64,000 bases of DNA from an uncultured Pelagibacteraceae bacterium (GCA_902590345.1 CACIWK010000001.1:142010-206009), one strand, 5' to 3'; counted from the stretch's first letter, positions 1 to 10,270 are shown. A program made the numbers and translations. The notes: a model not told the origin generated them from the letters alone.

Positions 1-132
1 TACGATGGCAATTTTGCCGATAGAATCAGACGATATCACCATTACGAATATTCAATAAAGATAAAATAAATCTATCGATTTTTTTGAAAATTTAATTAGA
101 CGATTGATTTTTTTGCTGTAAAATTTTTTTCC

Positions 133-489
133 ATGAGCGCAACAAATTCACTCCTCAGATTTTGGGAAGAACAAATGGGAACCTCACATCGCTCAAGTAA
201 GCATTTTTTTAGAAAAACTCCGTCTCATTATCATATGATGCTCCTTGTAATGTCAGCCCATCAAAATAAAGAAAAGCTATGTGTTGAAGAATTAAAGACA
301 AAGCTCTTTCATACATCTCGGCCTAAGTCATCTATGATGATTAATGAGGCTTGTGACAGAGGTTTCATACATTTAGAGAAAACAGAGAACGATAAAAGAC
401 GAAAAACAGTAAAACCAAGCTCAGAGTTGATTAAAGAATTTAAAAATTATCTTAATTCAATGAAAAATATCAATTGGAAGTCCGAATAA
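133..489 (+). CDS. small winged-helix (MarR-like) DNA-binding protein, 118 aa
   Basis: C-terminal half reads as a recognition helix plus beta-wing (SRPKSSMMINEACDRGFIHLEKTENDKRRKTVKPSSELIKEF). Clear paralogue of 56409..56786 (SKDKRVKIIQPSGELIDEF). Confidence 0.45.
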   Translation: MSATNSLLRFWEEQMGTSHRSSKHFFRKTPSHYHMMLLVMSAHQNKEKLCVEELKTKLFHTSRPKSSMMINEACDRGFIHLEKTENDKRRKTVKPSSELIKEFKNYLNSMKNINWKSE

Positions 490-494
490 TAATT

Positions 495-1235
495 TCAAGA
501 AAAAATTTTTTCAAAGAAGTTAGACATCTCTCGCCATGAATGCTGATCGGCATGTGCATCGTAAAATAATCCTGAGTTTCGATCATTAGCTTCAGGATTT
601 GTAAAAGCATGCCCAACATTGCCGTAAGCATGAATTTGCCAATTTGCTTTCTTTGAATTTAATTCATCAGCTAAATCAATCATATTTTGTGGAGTAGCCA
701 TGGGATCATCGTATCCATGTAGAATTAAAATCGATGAGTCAATTTTTATTGTTCCTTTTAATTGGTTTCCTGAACTTGCCGTTGGTGCGTCATATAATCC
801 ATGAAAACTAACAACCCCTTTTACATCTTCGCCTGCCCTAGCCAAATCAAGTGCACATTTTCCTCCAAAACAAAATCCAATTGCTCCGGTTTTGTTTTCA
901 TCAACTTTATCAAAATTCTTGAGGGTTTGAAAAGCATGGATCATTCTTTGTTGAAGCAATACACGGTCAGAATTAAATTCATTCATCAACTCCATTGACT
1001 CTTGGGGATTTGAACCTCTTCTTCCCTGTCCATATAAATCCATAGCAAATGCAAAGTACCCAAGCTCAGCAAGTTGTTCTGACTTCTTAATATCAAAATC
1101 AGAATGGCCTCCATAAGCATGACATACAAGCACCCCTGGTCTTGGTGTATCAAAACTATCCTCATAACTTATTGAACCTTCAAATTGCACACTAGAATTA
1201 GCGGAACCATAAACTAGTTTTTCAGTTTTGATCAT
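495..1235 (-). CDS. dienelactone hydrolase family alpha/beta hydrolase
   Basis: Nucleophile elbow with Cys (GFCFGG), then HGYDDPMATP and GHAFTNP, at the length and spacing typical of DLH-fold enzymes. Confidence 0.8.
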   Translation of the reverse strand: MIKTEKLVYGSANSSVQFEGSISYEDSFDTPRPGVLVCHAYGGHSDFDIKKSEQLAELGYFAFAMDLYGQGRRGSNPQESMELMNEFNSDRVLLQQRMIHAFQTLKNFDKVDENKTGAIGFCFGGKCALDLARAGEDVKGVVSFHGLYDAPTASSGNQLKGTIKIDSSILILHGYDDPMATPQNMIDLADELNSKKANWQIHAYGNVGHAFTNPEANDRNSGLFYDAHADQHSWREMSNFFEKIFS

Positions 1236-1237
1236 GC

Positions 1238-2401
1238 TTATAAAATACCCTCATACGAGTTAATGTAAAGTTGCTTCATTTCATCAAAACTTATATCGCG
1301 TGGATTTGGTCCAGTGGATGGATCTTTCAGGGCCATTTCACTAAGTAGCTCAAAATCAAATTCTTGATTAAGCTCCTTCAATGTATGAGGGATAGCGAGT
1401 TCATCTCTTAGCTTCAATATCCAAGACAGAAATCCATCAAATGTAGAATTCTCTAATTCTAAGTATTTTGTTAATAGTTGTATCCTCTGATTTATAATCG
1501 GTTCATTAAACTTAAGTACATATGGCATAAATATTGCATTTGAAAGACCGTGATGAATATCATTAACTGCATTAATAGGATGTGAAAGAGAATGTATTGC
1601 TCCTAGTCCTTTTTGAAATGCAGTTGATCCCATTGATGATGTTACTAACATTTTTGATCTTGCAAAGATATCATCAGGATTTTTATAGGCACTTAGAAGA
1701 CTATCTTTCACGTTCTTTATCCCTTCTAGTGCAATACCATCTGCCATAGGATGAAAACCTCTAGCACAGTATGCCTCTAAACAATGAGCTAAAGCATCCA
1801 TACCTGTTGCGGCTGTGAGATGAGGTGGAAGAGATAAAGTTAAATTTGGATCAAGTATTACAAGGTCTGGTAAGAACGAGGGATGAAATATTATTTTTTT
1901 TGTCTTATCACTTTCGTCCAAAATAAGTGATGCGCGGCCTGTTTCAGAACCTGTGCCAGCCGTAGTTGGTATCGCAATTACTTTTGGAAGTTGATCTGTA
2001 ATAGCCATTGTCCAATTATCCCCAATATCTTCGAAAAACCACAGGTTTTCCCTCTGTTTTGTCATAAATGCAATTGCTTTACCAGCATCAAGAGAACTGC
2101 CTCCACCAATCGCTATTACACCATCGTTATTGTTAGACAAAAAGTGTTCAACGCCGTCTATTACGTTCTTGCCAGTCGGATTTCCTTTTATATTTGAAAA
2201 AATTGAGTGTTTGATTTTATTATTTTTTAATAATTCAATAATTTTTATAAAGTTTTTATTAGAGGTAAATTCTGGATCGGTAACAACTAAAGGATTTTGC
2301 ATGCCTTGAGCTTCTAAAGCATTTGGGATCTCTAGGGAACGGCCTAAACCAAACCATATTGGGGTAGGGTAATTCCAGCTAACATTATCAATATCACTCA
2401 T
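1238..2401 (-). CDS. iron-containing (group III) alcohol dehydrogenase
   Basis: GGGSSLDAGKA NAD-binding motif. Metal-ligand regions GMDALAHCLEAY and IHSLSHP. Confidence 0.85.
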   Translation of the reverse strand: MSDIDNVSWNYPTPIWFGLGRSLEIPNALEAQGMQNPLVVTDPEFTSNKNFIKIIELLKNNKIKHSIFSNIKGNPTGKNVIDGVEHFLSNNNDGVIAIGGGSSLDAGKAIAFMTKQRENLWFFEDIGDNWTMAITDQLPKVIAIPTTAGTGSETGRASLILDESDKTKKIIFHPSFLPDLVILDPNLTLSLPPHLTAATGMDALAHCLEAYCARGFHPMADGIALEGIKNVKDSLLSAYKNPDDIFARSKMLVTSSMGSTAFQKGLGAIHSLSHPINAVNDIHHGLSNAIFMPYVLKFNEPIINQRIQLLTKYLELENSTFDGFLSWILKLRDELAIPHTLKELNQEFDFELLSEMALKDPSTGPNPRDISFDEMKQLYINSYEGIL

Positions 2402-2407
2402 ACTTTT

Positions 2408-3316
2408 CTATAGCGTTGGCGGTGTAGTTTTTTTTGTAGTACCAAAAGCATAAAAACTTATAGCAATAATAATTACCAAGCCACCCATCAAAGTTATGTT
2501 TGAGGGAACTTCGTTTACTCCAAATAAAGGTATCCAACACCAAATTACTCCTCCCACAACTTCTGTCAAAGAAAGTAACATAAATTCTGCTGCAGGCAGA
2601 TAGCGCGCACCTAAACTTAAAAGTATAAGTCCAATCCCGACTAAAGTTCCATGTAGCATACTTAATAAAATATTTTGTAACGGCATTGAGTAACTGTCAG
2701 CAAATAAAACAATCATAATCATTGAAAAAAGTGAGCAGGCAATTCCAGCAATAATGATTGTCGTAAATTTAGGTGTGTCTGGTTGCCATCTGAGCGTTGT
2801 TGCAAATATTGCAAATCCAATAGAACAGAATAAACCAAATATCCAACCTAAAAAGGTTCCTGCATACCAGTCATTATAAGCCATTAGAAAGATTCCAAAC
2901 AAAGATACAAAACACGCTATCGCAGTTGTGATGCCAATTTTTTCTTTTAAAAAGATATATGCAAAGAGCCCGGCAAATAATGGTTGTGTGCCAATCATAA
3001 ATAATGTGGTAGCCGCAGAGGTATAAGTCATTCCAAAAATAAAAAATATAAAAGCTGCGGCAAGACCAATGCCACCCAATAAACCAGATGATCCAACTCT
3101 ATTAAAATTATGATAGAAAGAAATTCCTTCGTTATAAATCAAATATATCAACAAAATTGTTGCTACAACTATACCTCTATAAAAAAGGTAATGCCATTGA
3201 TAGACCTGAGCATCTACCATATACCTAACAGTAGGAGCTCCAAAACTCCATATCAAACCAGCAGATAGTGCCAGTATAAAACCTATTAAATATGTTTTGT
3301 TATTCTGCTCTGTCAT
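2408..3316 (-). CDS. EamA/DMT family transporter
   Basis: About 10 hydrophobic helices in two halves. The ORF runs to 3421, but the ATG at 3316 (MTEQNNKTYLIGF) avoids overlapping the divergent gene. Confidence 0.75.
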   Translation of the reverse strand: MTEQNNKTYLIGFILALSAGLIWSFGAPTVRYMVDAQVYQWHYLFYRGIVVATILLIYLIYNEGISFYHNFNRVGSSGLLGGIGLAAAFIFFIFGMTYTSAATTLFMIGTQPLFAGLFAYIFLKEKIGITTAIACFVSLFGIFLMAYNDWYAGTFLGWIFGLFCSIGFAIFATTLRWQPDTPKFTTIIIAGIACSLFSMIMIVLFADSYSMPLQNILLSMLHGTLVGIGLILLSLGARYLPAAEFMLLSLTEVVGGVIWCWIPLFGVNEVPSNITLMGGLVIIIAISFYAFGTTKKTTPPTL

Positions 3317-3362
3317 ATAATCTACTGCAGAATATATAAATAATAGCCTTATGACACTATAA

Positions 3363-4504
3363 ATGACTACAGAAAATGAGATAACAGCATTGGGTGAGTT
3401 TAATAAAAAGTTCGAAAACACTTACGAATTATTCAAGAAAAACTTAGAAAATGATGAGGAGGTGGGTGCGTCATTTGCCGTTTATCAAAATGGGGAAGTT
3501 TTGGTAAACCTTTATGGCGGCTATCGGGATCGTGATAAAAAAACAAGTGGGACCAAAATACAATAGTAAACATCCATTCGACCAGTAAGGGAATTGTTGC
3601 GATGATTGTTGCTAAATTGATTGATGAAAACAAACTAGATTTAGAGAAAAATGTTGCTGATTACTGGCCTGAATTTGCGAACGGTGGAAAAGAAGGTATA
3701 AAAGTAAAGACATTACTCTCGCATCAAGCAGGGATGTATGGATGGAGACAACCTATAGATGAAACCGATTTTTACAAATGGGACTATGTAGTTAATCTGC
3801 TGGCAAATCAAAAACCATATCATAAAGCTGACGAAAAAATATGTTATCATCCAAAAACGATCGGTTTTTTGGTTGGTGAATTAATTAAACGGGTGACCAA
3901 TAAATCAGTCGGTAAGAACTTGGAAGAGTTACTGAATAGTCCTCTTGAAACTAAATGTTTTATAGGTACACCATTGGTATATCATGACAATATTGCTGAG
4001 CTAATTAGCTCTGAAAGCCTAAGGAAGGCTTTTAGTGATCCTACAAATGTAGATGAGTATCTAATTACTGCGTTTCTTAATCCCGCAAACAGAACAAAAA
4101 CAGCAAACACAGCTGAATGGCGACTTGCAGAAATTCCAGCTATGAACTGTCACTCTAATTCAAAATCACTTGCAAAAATTTATGATTTTTTCTTATCACA
4201 TTTATCAAATAAATTTATTTCATCAAATACCTTTGAAACCCTTACTACAGTTGCTGTAAGTGGAGACGATCATGTAATGAAGTCCCCTATGCAGTGGTCA
4301 CATGCAGGTTATAGTGTCGGTGGTGGAAAATTATTTGGTAAAAGCAGTAAAGCATTTGGTCATACTGGATGGGGCGGTTCTATGGCATTTGGGGATCCTG
4401 AAAATGGAATTAGTTGCGCATACACAATGAATTTATTAACTGGATCCATGCTCGGTGATCAAAGAGCACTTAAATTAGTTGAAACAATATATGATGCCCT
4501 ATGA
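3363..4504 (+). pseudogene. class C beta-lactamase-family serine hydrolase/esterase, split by a frameshift in an A7 run (3537-3543)
   Basis: The N-terminal 67 aa ORF (3363..3566) and the ORF 3602..4504 are two parts of one roughly 385 aa protein. The S-x-x-K catalytic motif (NIHSTSKGIV, 3569-3598) lies between the two tracked ORFs, in the downstream frame. That downstream frame opens right after a TAA at 3536-3538. Confidence 0.7.
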
Positions 4505-5832
4505 AACTAAGTTTTAGATCAAAATTGTTTTACGGTGGTGGTGATTTTGCCATTAATATAATGTGGCAACTGACTGTCTTCTACTTACTATTTTTTTATA
4601 CAGATATTTTTGGATTATCGCCTGCAAACGCTGGCTTAGTTTTCTTTTTAGCGAAAATCTGGGACGCATTTACTGACCCGATTATGGGGTACATTGCAGA
4701 TAATACTTCGACCAGATGGGGGAAATTCAGACCTTATATCTTGTTTGGATCAGTCCCCGCACTAATAACGATTATTCTATGTTTTACCTCACCTGATTTG
4801 TCACAAACAGGTAAATTTTACTGGGCACTATTTACATACATTACATTCACGACTTTATATACAATCATTGCTATTCCAGTTGGATCGCTCATTCCAGCGA
4901 TGACTCAAGACAGAGATGAAAGAACATCGCTCGCATCATTTAGATATTTAGGAGCCAGCTCTGGATCAATTGCTGTTGCAGTTCTAACATTGCCTCTAGT
5001 TGGCCTTTTTAGCTCACCACAGTTCGGATTTCCAATTGTAGTGGGTTGTTTGGCAGTCCTTGGAGCTATTTTTGCATTTCTGTGTTTTTTTAATACTAAA
5101 GAAGTTTATTCAAAGCCATATGAAGAAACCATTGGTATTAAAAAAGTTACTAAAATGGTATTTAACAATTATCCATTACATTTCGTAATATTGGCACTTT
5201 TAACAACTTGGGTTGCAAATAATATCAAGCAACTAACAGTTGTCTATTTTGTAAAATATAATCTTCAATTAGAGGCTTACTTTAGTCCAATTTTACTTGG
5301 CGTGATTTTACAAATTATGTTTGGTGCATATTTAGTTAACTTAATAAAACATAGGTTTGAAAAAAAGACTTTATTCATGATTGGAACATTTCTTTACGTA
5401 ATCACAGATTTAATAATCTATTATATTACTGGTTATGAAAACTTTTGGTTATTAGCTTTTATTGCAACCTTTGGCTTCATTGGTTTCGGTATGGCAGGTG
5501 TCATGGCCTGGTCAATGATAGCTGATACAATCGAGTATGGTGAATGGAAATCTGGATTTCGTGCTGAAGGAGTCTTAAATGCAGCTCACGTATTTGTTTT
5601 TAAATTAAGTGTTGGTTTTAGTGCATGGCTTGCTGGAGTAATTCTTGAAAGCACAGATTATGTGGCAAATGCAATAGATCAAAGCCCAGAAACATTGAAT
5701 GGTCTATTTATTATGGGATATATTTTTCCAGCTGTTGCCGGAACTATAGCAATAATAGTTACTTACTTTAATAAGTACGATAGTAACTTTTATGAAAGAA
5801 TATTTTCTGAATTAAAACAAAGACAAAGTTAA
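4501..5832 (+). CDS. glycoside-pentoside-hexuronide (GPH):cation symporter, MelB/YicJ-like
   Basis: GPH signature DAFTDPIMGYIADNTSTRWGKFRPYIL; 12 predicted TM helices; ATGA overlap with the upstream gene. Confidence 0.85.
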   Translation: MKLSFRSKLFYGGGDFAINIMWQLTVFYLLFFYTDIFGLSPANAGLVFFLAKIWDAFTDPIMGYIADNTSTRWGKFRPYILFGSVPALITIILCFTSPDLSQTGKFYWALFTYITFTTLYTIIAIPVGSLIPAMTQDRDERTSLASFRYLGASSGSIAVAVLTLPLVGLFSSPQFGFPIVVGCLAVLGAIFAFLCFFNTKEVYSKPYEETIGIKKVTKMVFNNYPLHFVILALLTTWVANNIKQLTVVYFVKYNLQLEAYFSPILLGVILQIMFGAYLVNLIKHRFEKKTLFMIGTFLYVITDLIIYYITGYENFWLLAFIATFGFIGFGMAGVMAWSMIADTIEYGEWKSGFRAEGVLNAAHVFVFKLSVGFSAWLAGVILESTDYVANAIDQSPETLNGLFIMGYIFPAVAGTIAIIVTYFNKYDSNFYERIFSELKQRQS

Positions 5833-5835
5833 GTT

Positions 5836-6867
5836 ATGAACACGGTCTCGATTGGTGAGGGCTTTGGCAGAGTTAACCTCATTGGAGAGCATTTAGACTA
5901 TAATGGTGGACATGTTTTACCGTTACAAATCAAGAACTCAATTATCTGTGAGATCGTTGAAAATAAAAATAGTGAATCTATTTCAATAGTTTCAGATAAA
6001 TATAACGACTCTTTAACTGTTAAGAAACTCGAAAAAAGAAATAATTGGGCAGATTTCGTTATTGGATCATGTCTTTATTTTGAGAAGAGGTTTTCAGTTA
6101 AGATTAACAATATCTCAATTTACATCAAAAGCAGCCTTCCATTGGGAGTCGGTCTCTCTTCCTCTGCTGCAATCACCGTAAGTACTTTAAAATCGCTAAG
6201 TTGCTATTTTCAAAAAAATTTAGCAGATGAAGATTTAATTAATTTAGCATTTGAGGTTGAAAATGATTTTGTTGGTGTGGGTGGTGGAGTTATGGATCAA
6301 TTTGTATCGGTCTTAGGAAATCATTATGAAGCTCTTTTTCTTGATACCTTTAATAAAAATTATGAATTGATACCAATTTTTCAGGATTATCAATTTCTAA
6401 TAATTGACAGCAACACACGAAGGATTTTATCAGATAGTGAGTTTAACAAAAAAAAAGAATTATGTCTCAATGCTGCAAAAAAAATGAAAATTCAAAACCT
6501 CTGTGCAAAAACAAAAATTGATGAAAATGATATTCAATTACTTTCAGATGAAGAGCTTAATGTTAGTAAACATGTAATTGAGGAAAATTTGAGAGTTGTA
6601 AAAGCAGCTCAATTTTTAAAAGATAATAAAGCTGAAGAATTTGGAAAATTAATGACAGAAAGTCATATTTCTTTATCACGACACTATAGAGTTTCAACTG
6701 ATAATTTAAATAAGTTGGTTGATCTATCTAATTCCTTTGGCGCTTTAGGATCTAAACTCACTGGAGCTGGTTTTGGTGGTGCAATCGTAACTTTAGTAAA
6801 AAAAGAGCTGGTTGAAGAACTTAAAAAGTATATTCTTGATGGGTATCCAAATGCTAAATTTATATAA
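5836..6867 (+). CDS. galK: galactokinase (GHMP kinase)
   Basis: Galactokinase signature GRVNLIGEHLDYNGG; GHMP motif PLGVGLSSSAA; C-terminal TGAGFGGA. Confidence 0.85.
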   Translation: MNTVSIGEGFGRVNLIGEHLDYNGGHVLPLQIKNSIICEIVENKNSESISIVSDKYNDSLTVKKLEKRNNWADFVIGSCLYFEKRFSVKINNISIYIKSSLPLGVGLSSSAAITVSTLKSLSCYFQKNLADEDLINLAFEVENDFVGVGGGVMDQFVSVLGNHYEALFLDTFNKNYELIPIFQDYQFLIIDSNTRRILSDSEFNKKKELCLNAAKKMKIQNLCAKTKIDENDIQLLSDEELNVSKHVIEENLRVVKAAQFLKDNKAEEFGKLMTESHISLSRHYRVSTDNLNKLVDLSNSFGALGSKLTGAGFGGAIVTLVKKELVEELKKYILDGYPNAKFI

Positions 6868-6869
6868 TT

Positions 6870-8114
6870 ATGAAACTTAATTTACCAAAAGATTTTATAT
6901 GGGGTACAGCGACTGCTGCTCATCAAGTAGAAGGAAATAATACAAACTCAGATTTTTGGCTGCTTGAAAATACAAAAAATACCACATTTGCTGAACCGTC
7001 AGGAATTGCTTGTGATCAATTGAATAGATATGAGGAAGATATTAAGCTTATGTCATCTCACGCAATACAGTCCTATAGACTATCTATTGAATGGGCTCGT
7101 ATCGAAGAGTCCGAGGGAGAATTTTCAAATGAAGCAATTGATCATTACAAAAAAGTTTTGGATTGTTGTCATGAAAATAATCTTCAAACGTGCGTCACAT
7201 TCCAACACTTCACTTCCCCACTTTGGTTTACAGCTAAAGGAGGTTGGGAAAAAAAGGAAAACGCAGATTTATATGTTAAATATGCTGAATTTGTAACAAA
7301 AGAGCTGGGTGACCGCATAGATACGGTTTGTACAATAAATGAGGCAAATTTAACTGCATGTTTTGCGCACACATTTCCTATCTACCCTGAACAAGGAATG
7401 AAAACTATCATGCCATTTGTTGAAGATGCCGCTAAATCATGCGGGTCAACTCTAGATAATTTTGGCCCTTTTCTATTTGGCCATCCCTATAAAATACGTG
7501 ACTGTATGATGGCGGCGCACGTAAAAGCGTTTCCAGTTATCAAAGGTCTACTTACAAAAAATCAGCCTGTTGGTATTACACTTTCAATTATGGATTACCA
7601 AGCGGCAGAAGGAGGCGAACAAACACGCGATATTGCTCATGCTGAAACAGTGGATGTGTGTTTGGATCAAACTAAGGACGACGATTTCATTGGTATTCAA
7701 ACGTATACACGTCACACCTATGGTCCTGAGGGCATCATGAAACCAAACGTCAATGATGAAAATATGCTTGTTATGGGATATGAATATTATCCTGAATCAT
7801 TAGAAAATGTATTGAGGTATGTTGCTCCAAAAATAAATTGCCCGATGATTGTGACTGAAAATGGGATTGGCACAGATGATGATAATCAGAGAATAAAATA
7901 TATCACTACAGCATTAAAAGGACTTCAAAGCTGTTTAGATGACGGTTTAGATATTCGAGGTTATTACTATTGGTCATTTCTGGACAACTTTGAATGGATA
8001 TATGGCTACAAACCGCGTTTTGGTTTAATCGAGGTGAACAGAGATACTTTAGAAAGAAAAAGTAAAGAAAGTTTAAAATTTTACGAGCAAATTATCAGAA
8101 ACTCTCAATCCTAA
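6870..8114 (+). CDS. glycoside hydrolase family 1 (beta-glucosidase/beta-galactosidase)
   Basis: FIWGTATAAHQVEGN N-terminal signature; acid/base TINEAN; nucleophile IVTENGIG. Confidence 0.85.
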   Translation: MKLNLPKDFIWGTATAAHQVEGNNTNSDFWLLENTKNTTFAEPSGIACDQLNRYEEDIKLMSSHAIQSYRLSIEWARIEESEGEFSNEAIDHYKKVLDCCHENNLQTCVTFQHFTSPLWFTAKGGWEKKENADLYVKYAEFVTKELGDRIDTVCTINEANLTACFAHTFPIYPEQGMKTIMPFVEDAAKSCGSTLDNFGPFLFGHPYKIRDCMMAAHVKAFPVIKGLLTKNQPVGITLSIMDYQAAEGGEQTRDIAHAETVDVCLDQTKDDDFIGIQTYTRHTYGPEGIMKPNVNDENMLVMGYEYYPESLENVLRYVAPKINCPMIVTENGIGTDDDNQRIKYITTALKGLQSCLDDGLDIRGYYYWSFLDNFEWIYGYKPRFGLIEVNRDTLERKSKESLKFYEQIIRNSQS

Positions 8115-8545
8115 ATTTCGTTACTCTCTGCCTGAGTAAGAAAGCAACCATTAATCAGCCATTCGCCGTCTTCTTGTTGCTGCATTGAGTAAATTGCAGT
8201 TACGAATTCACCTTCAGGATCAACTAAATATACTTCTAGGGAAGGTACTCCATCTCTAAGTGATATCTTGCCAAAGTTCACACTTTTGGGACGATAAACG
8301 GCCTGGTACTGACCTACAACCATTTCACCAAACGCTTTTGGACTTGGAAATATTTTCTTAATAATTGGCGATGCAAAAGAATAAGCTTTTTCGAAATCAT
8401 CATTTTGAAATGCTTGAAGCTGCTGACTTACAACAGAAATAATCTCTTTTTCGTCCTCATCAGTAAGTGAAAATGCAGATGTGCTTATTAAAAGAACAAC
8501 TAAAAATGGAAGTACTAATCCTTTGACAATCTTAGTCGTCAACAT
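8111..8545 (-). CDS. secreted DUF4864-like protein
   Basis: N-terminal signal peptide. QLQAFQNDDFEKAYSFASP...WLINGC matches my recollection of the DUF4864 pattern. Confidence 0.45.
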   Translation of the reverse strand: MLTTKIVKGLVLPFLVVLLISTSAFSLTDEDEKEIISVVSQQLQAFQNDDFEKAYSFASPIIKKIFPSPKAFGEMVVGQYQAVYRPKSVNFGKISLRDGVPSLEVYLVDPEGEFVTAIYSMQQQEDGEWLINGCFLTQAESNEI

Positions 8546-8903
8546 CGGCGAATATTTTAAGCTTTCTTGCTTTTAATATAAGAACAGCTATGGCAATCAA
8601 TAAAATAGCACCACCCTCGTAAAGCAACATGCTTGGATCCATAGTTTTGCCCTGTAAGATTATTAAACGTGCAACAGCAGTAATAGCAATAAACAGAGGT
8701 ATACTTATTCTAATTCTATTTAGTGTCCAATATTCTCTAATCATTTGTATAACTTCGAGATAAATAAATAACAAAAGTAAGTCTGCAAGTTCAACGAGAT
8801 TTTTTTCATACATTGCATATATTTCATAGCCAATAGCTATAACCGTAGCAAAAATAATTATTACCAGAGCTATTTTTTCAATGTATTTAATTGTATCTAT
8901 CAT
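8532..8903 (-). CDS. PsiE-family (phosphate-starvation-inducible-like) membrane protein
   Basis: Four TM segments. IAITAVARLIIL...LLYEGGAILLIAIAVLILK resembles E. coli PsiE. ATGA overlap with the thiolase stop codon. Confidence 0.5.
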   Translation of the reverse strand: MIDTIKYIEKIALVIIIFATVIAIGYEIYAMYEKNLVELADLLLLFIYLEVIQMIREYWTLNRIRISIPLFIAITAVARLIILQGKTMDPSMLLYEGGAILLIAIAVLILKARKLKIFADVDD

Positions 8904-10081
8904 AAAATCTCAAAAAGACCTGCTGCTCCCATTCCGCCACCAACGCACATTGTTACAACACCGTATTTAGCGTTTCGTCTCTTACCTTCTATTAAAATAT
9001 GTCCTGTCATTCTAGAGCCGGTCATACCATATGGGTGTCCAATAGAAATTGATCCTCCGTTTACATTTAATTTCTCATTATCAATTCCTAGCTTATCTCT
9101 ACAGTATAAAACTTGAACTGCAAATGCTTCGTTCAGTTCCCATATATCGATATCATCTACCTTTAAGCCGTGTTGCTCTAGGAGTTTTGGTACAGCAAAT
9201 ACTGGTCCTATACCCATCTCATCGGGCTCACAAGCTGCAACAGAAAGTCCTCTAAAAATTCCCATAGGTTCAATATTTCTTTTTTCTGCTTCTTCAAGAT
9301 CCATTAACAAACATGAAGATGCTCCATCTGACAGCTGACTAGCATTGCCCGCAGTAATATATTTATCAGGTCCCATGACTGGCATTAAACCAGCAAGACT
9401 CTCAAGTGTAGTTTGTGGTCGATTACACTCATCTTTATCAACTGTTACCTCTTGTTCTGTAACTTCCTTTGTTTCTTTGTTCATTACATCCATTTTTGTC
9501 GTTAAAGGAACAATTTCGTCTTTAAATTTTCCTGCAGTTTGAGCTGCAGCTGTTCGTTGTTGACTTTGTAGTGAATATTCGTCTTGGTATTCTCTGCTTA
9601 CTTTGTATCGATCTGCTACAACATCAGCAGTATTAATCATAGGCATCCATAATGCTGGACAAATTTTTTGAAGTTCAGGCTCAATAAGGTGTTTCATGTT
9701 CATGTTTTGCTGTGTCATTGATATTGACTCTACTCCCCCACCTATAGCTACTTTAATCCCATCAACAATAATTCTTTGAGCAGCTACCGCTATTGATTGT
9801 AAACCTGATGAACAAAAACGATTTATTGTAGTACCTGGCACAGTTACGGGGCATCCTCCTGCAATTGCAACATTTCTTCCAATGTTATGACCTGTTGCTC
9901 CCTCTGGTTGTCCACATCCAAAAATTACATCTTCTACTTCACCAGCTTCAACTCCTGCTCTTTCAATAGCATGTTTAACAGTATGGCCACCCATTGTAAT
10001 GCCGTGAGTTTTGTTAAATCCACCTCTCATAGCTTTTGCTAATCCAGTTCTTGCAGTTGAAATTATCGCAGCTTCTCTCAT
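8900..10081 (-). CDS. acetyl-CoA C-acyltransferase (thiolase)
   Basis: Active-site Cys region NRFCSSGLQ; NVNGGSISIGHPYGMTG; C-terminal MCVGGGMG. Confidence 0.9.
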   Translation of the reverse strand: MREAAIISTARTGLAKAMRGGFNKTHGITMGGHTVKHAIERAGVEAGEVEDVIFGCGQPEGATGHNIGRNVAIAGGCPVTVPGTTINRFCSSGLQSIAVAAQRIIVDGIKVAIGGGVESISMTQQNMNMKHLIEPELQKICPALWMPMINTADVVADRYKVSREYQDEYSLQSQQRTAAAQTAGKFKDEIVPLTTKMDVMNKETKEVTEQEVTVDKDECNRPQTTLESLAGLMPVMGPDKYITAGNASQLSDGASSCLLMDLEEAEKRNIEPMGIFRGLSVAACEPDEMGIGPVFAVPKLLEQHGLKVDDIDIWELNEAFAVQVLYCRDKLGIDNEKLNVNGGSISIGHPYGMTGSRMTGHILIEGKRRNAKYGVVTMCVGGGMGAAGLFEIL

Positions 10082-10270
10082 ACTATATTGCCCTTAAAAA
10101 TATTTAGAAAACCGTAAGATAGACTTTTTATATAAAAAAAAAAGTTTAATTTTATTTAAAAAATATATCATAAATACCCTCAATTTTGGCAAATATTTTT
10201 CTTTATTCTGCTTGACCATATCTGAATTGAAGTCTAGAAAGTCGCATTCTTTGAATTAGGGAGATTCTCT

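Noticed and set aside
1-58. A possible 3' end of a plus-strand gene (frame 2 reads ...TMAILPIESDDITITNIQ, then a stop at 56-58).
   Set aside because: Only about 18 codons are visible, so it cannot be identified or separated from chance.
10082-10270. The 189-bp thiolase/PaaI divergent spacer as a riboswitch or small RNA locus.
   Set aside because: I could see only A/T runs, a plausible TTGACC-type -35 element and an AGGGAG Shine-Dalgarno sequence. There are no GC-supported helices or recognisable riboswitch cores, so it is most simply a pair of divergent promoters.
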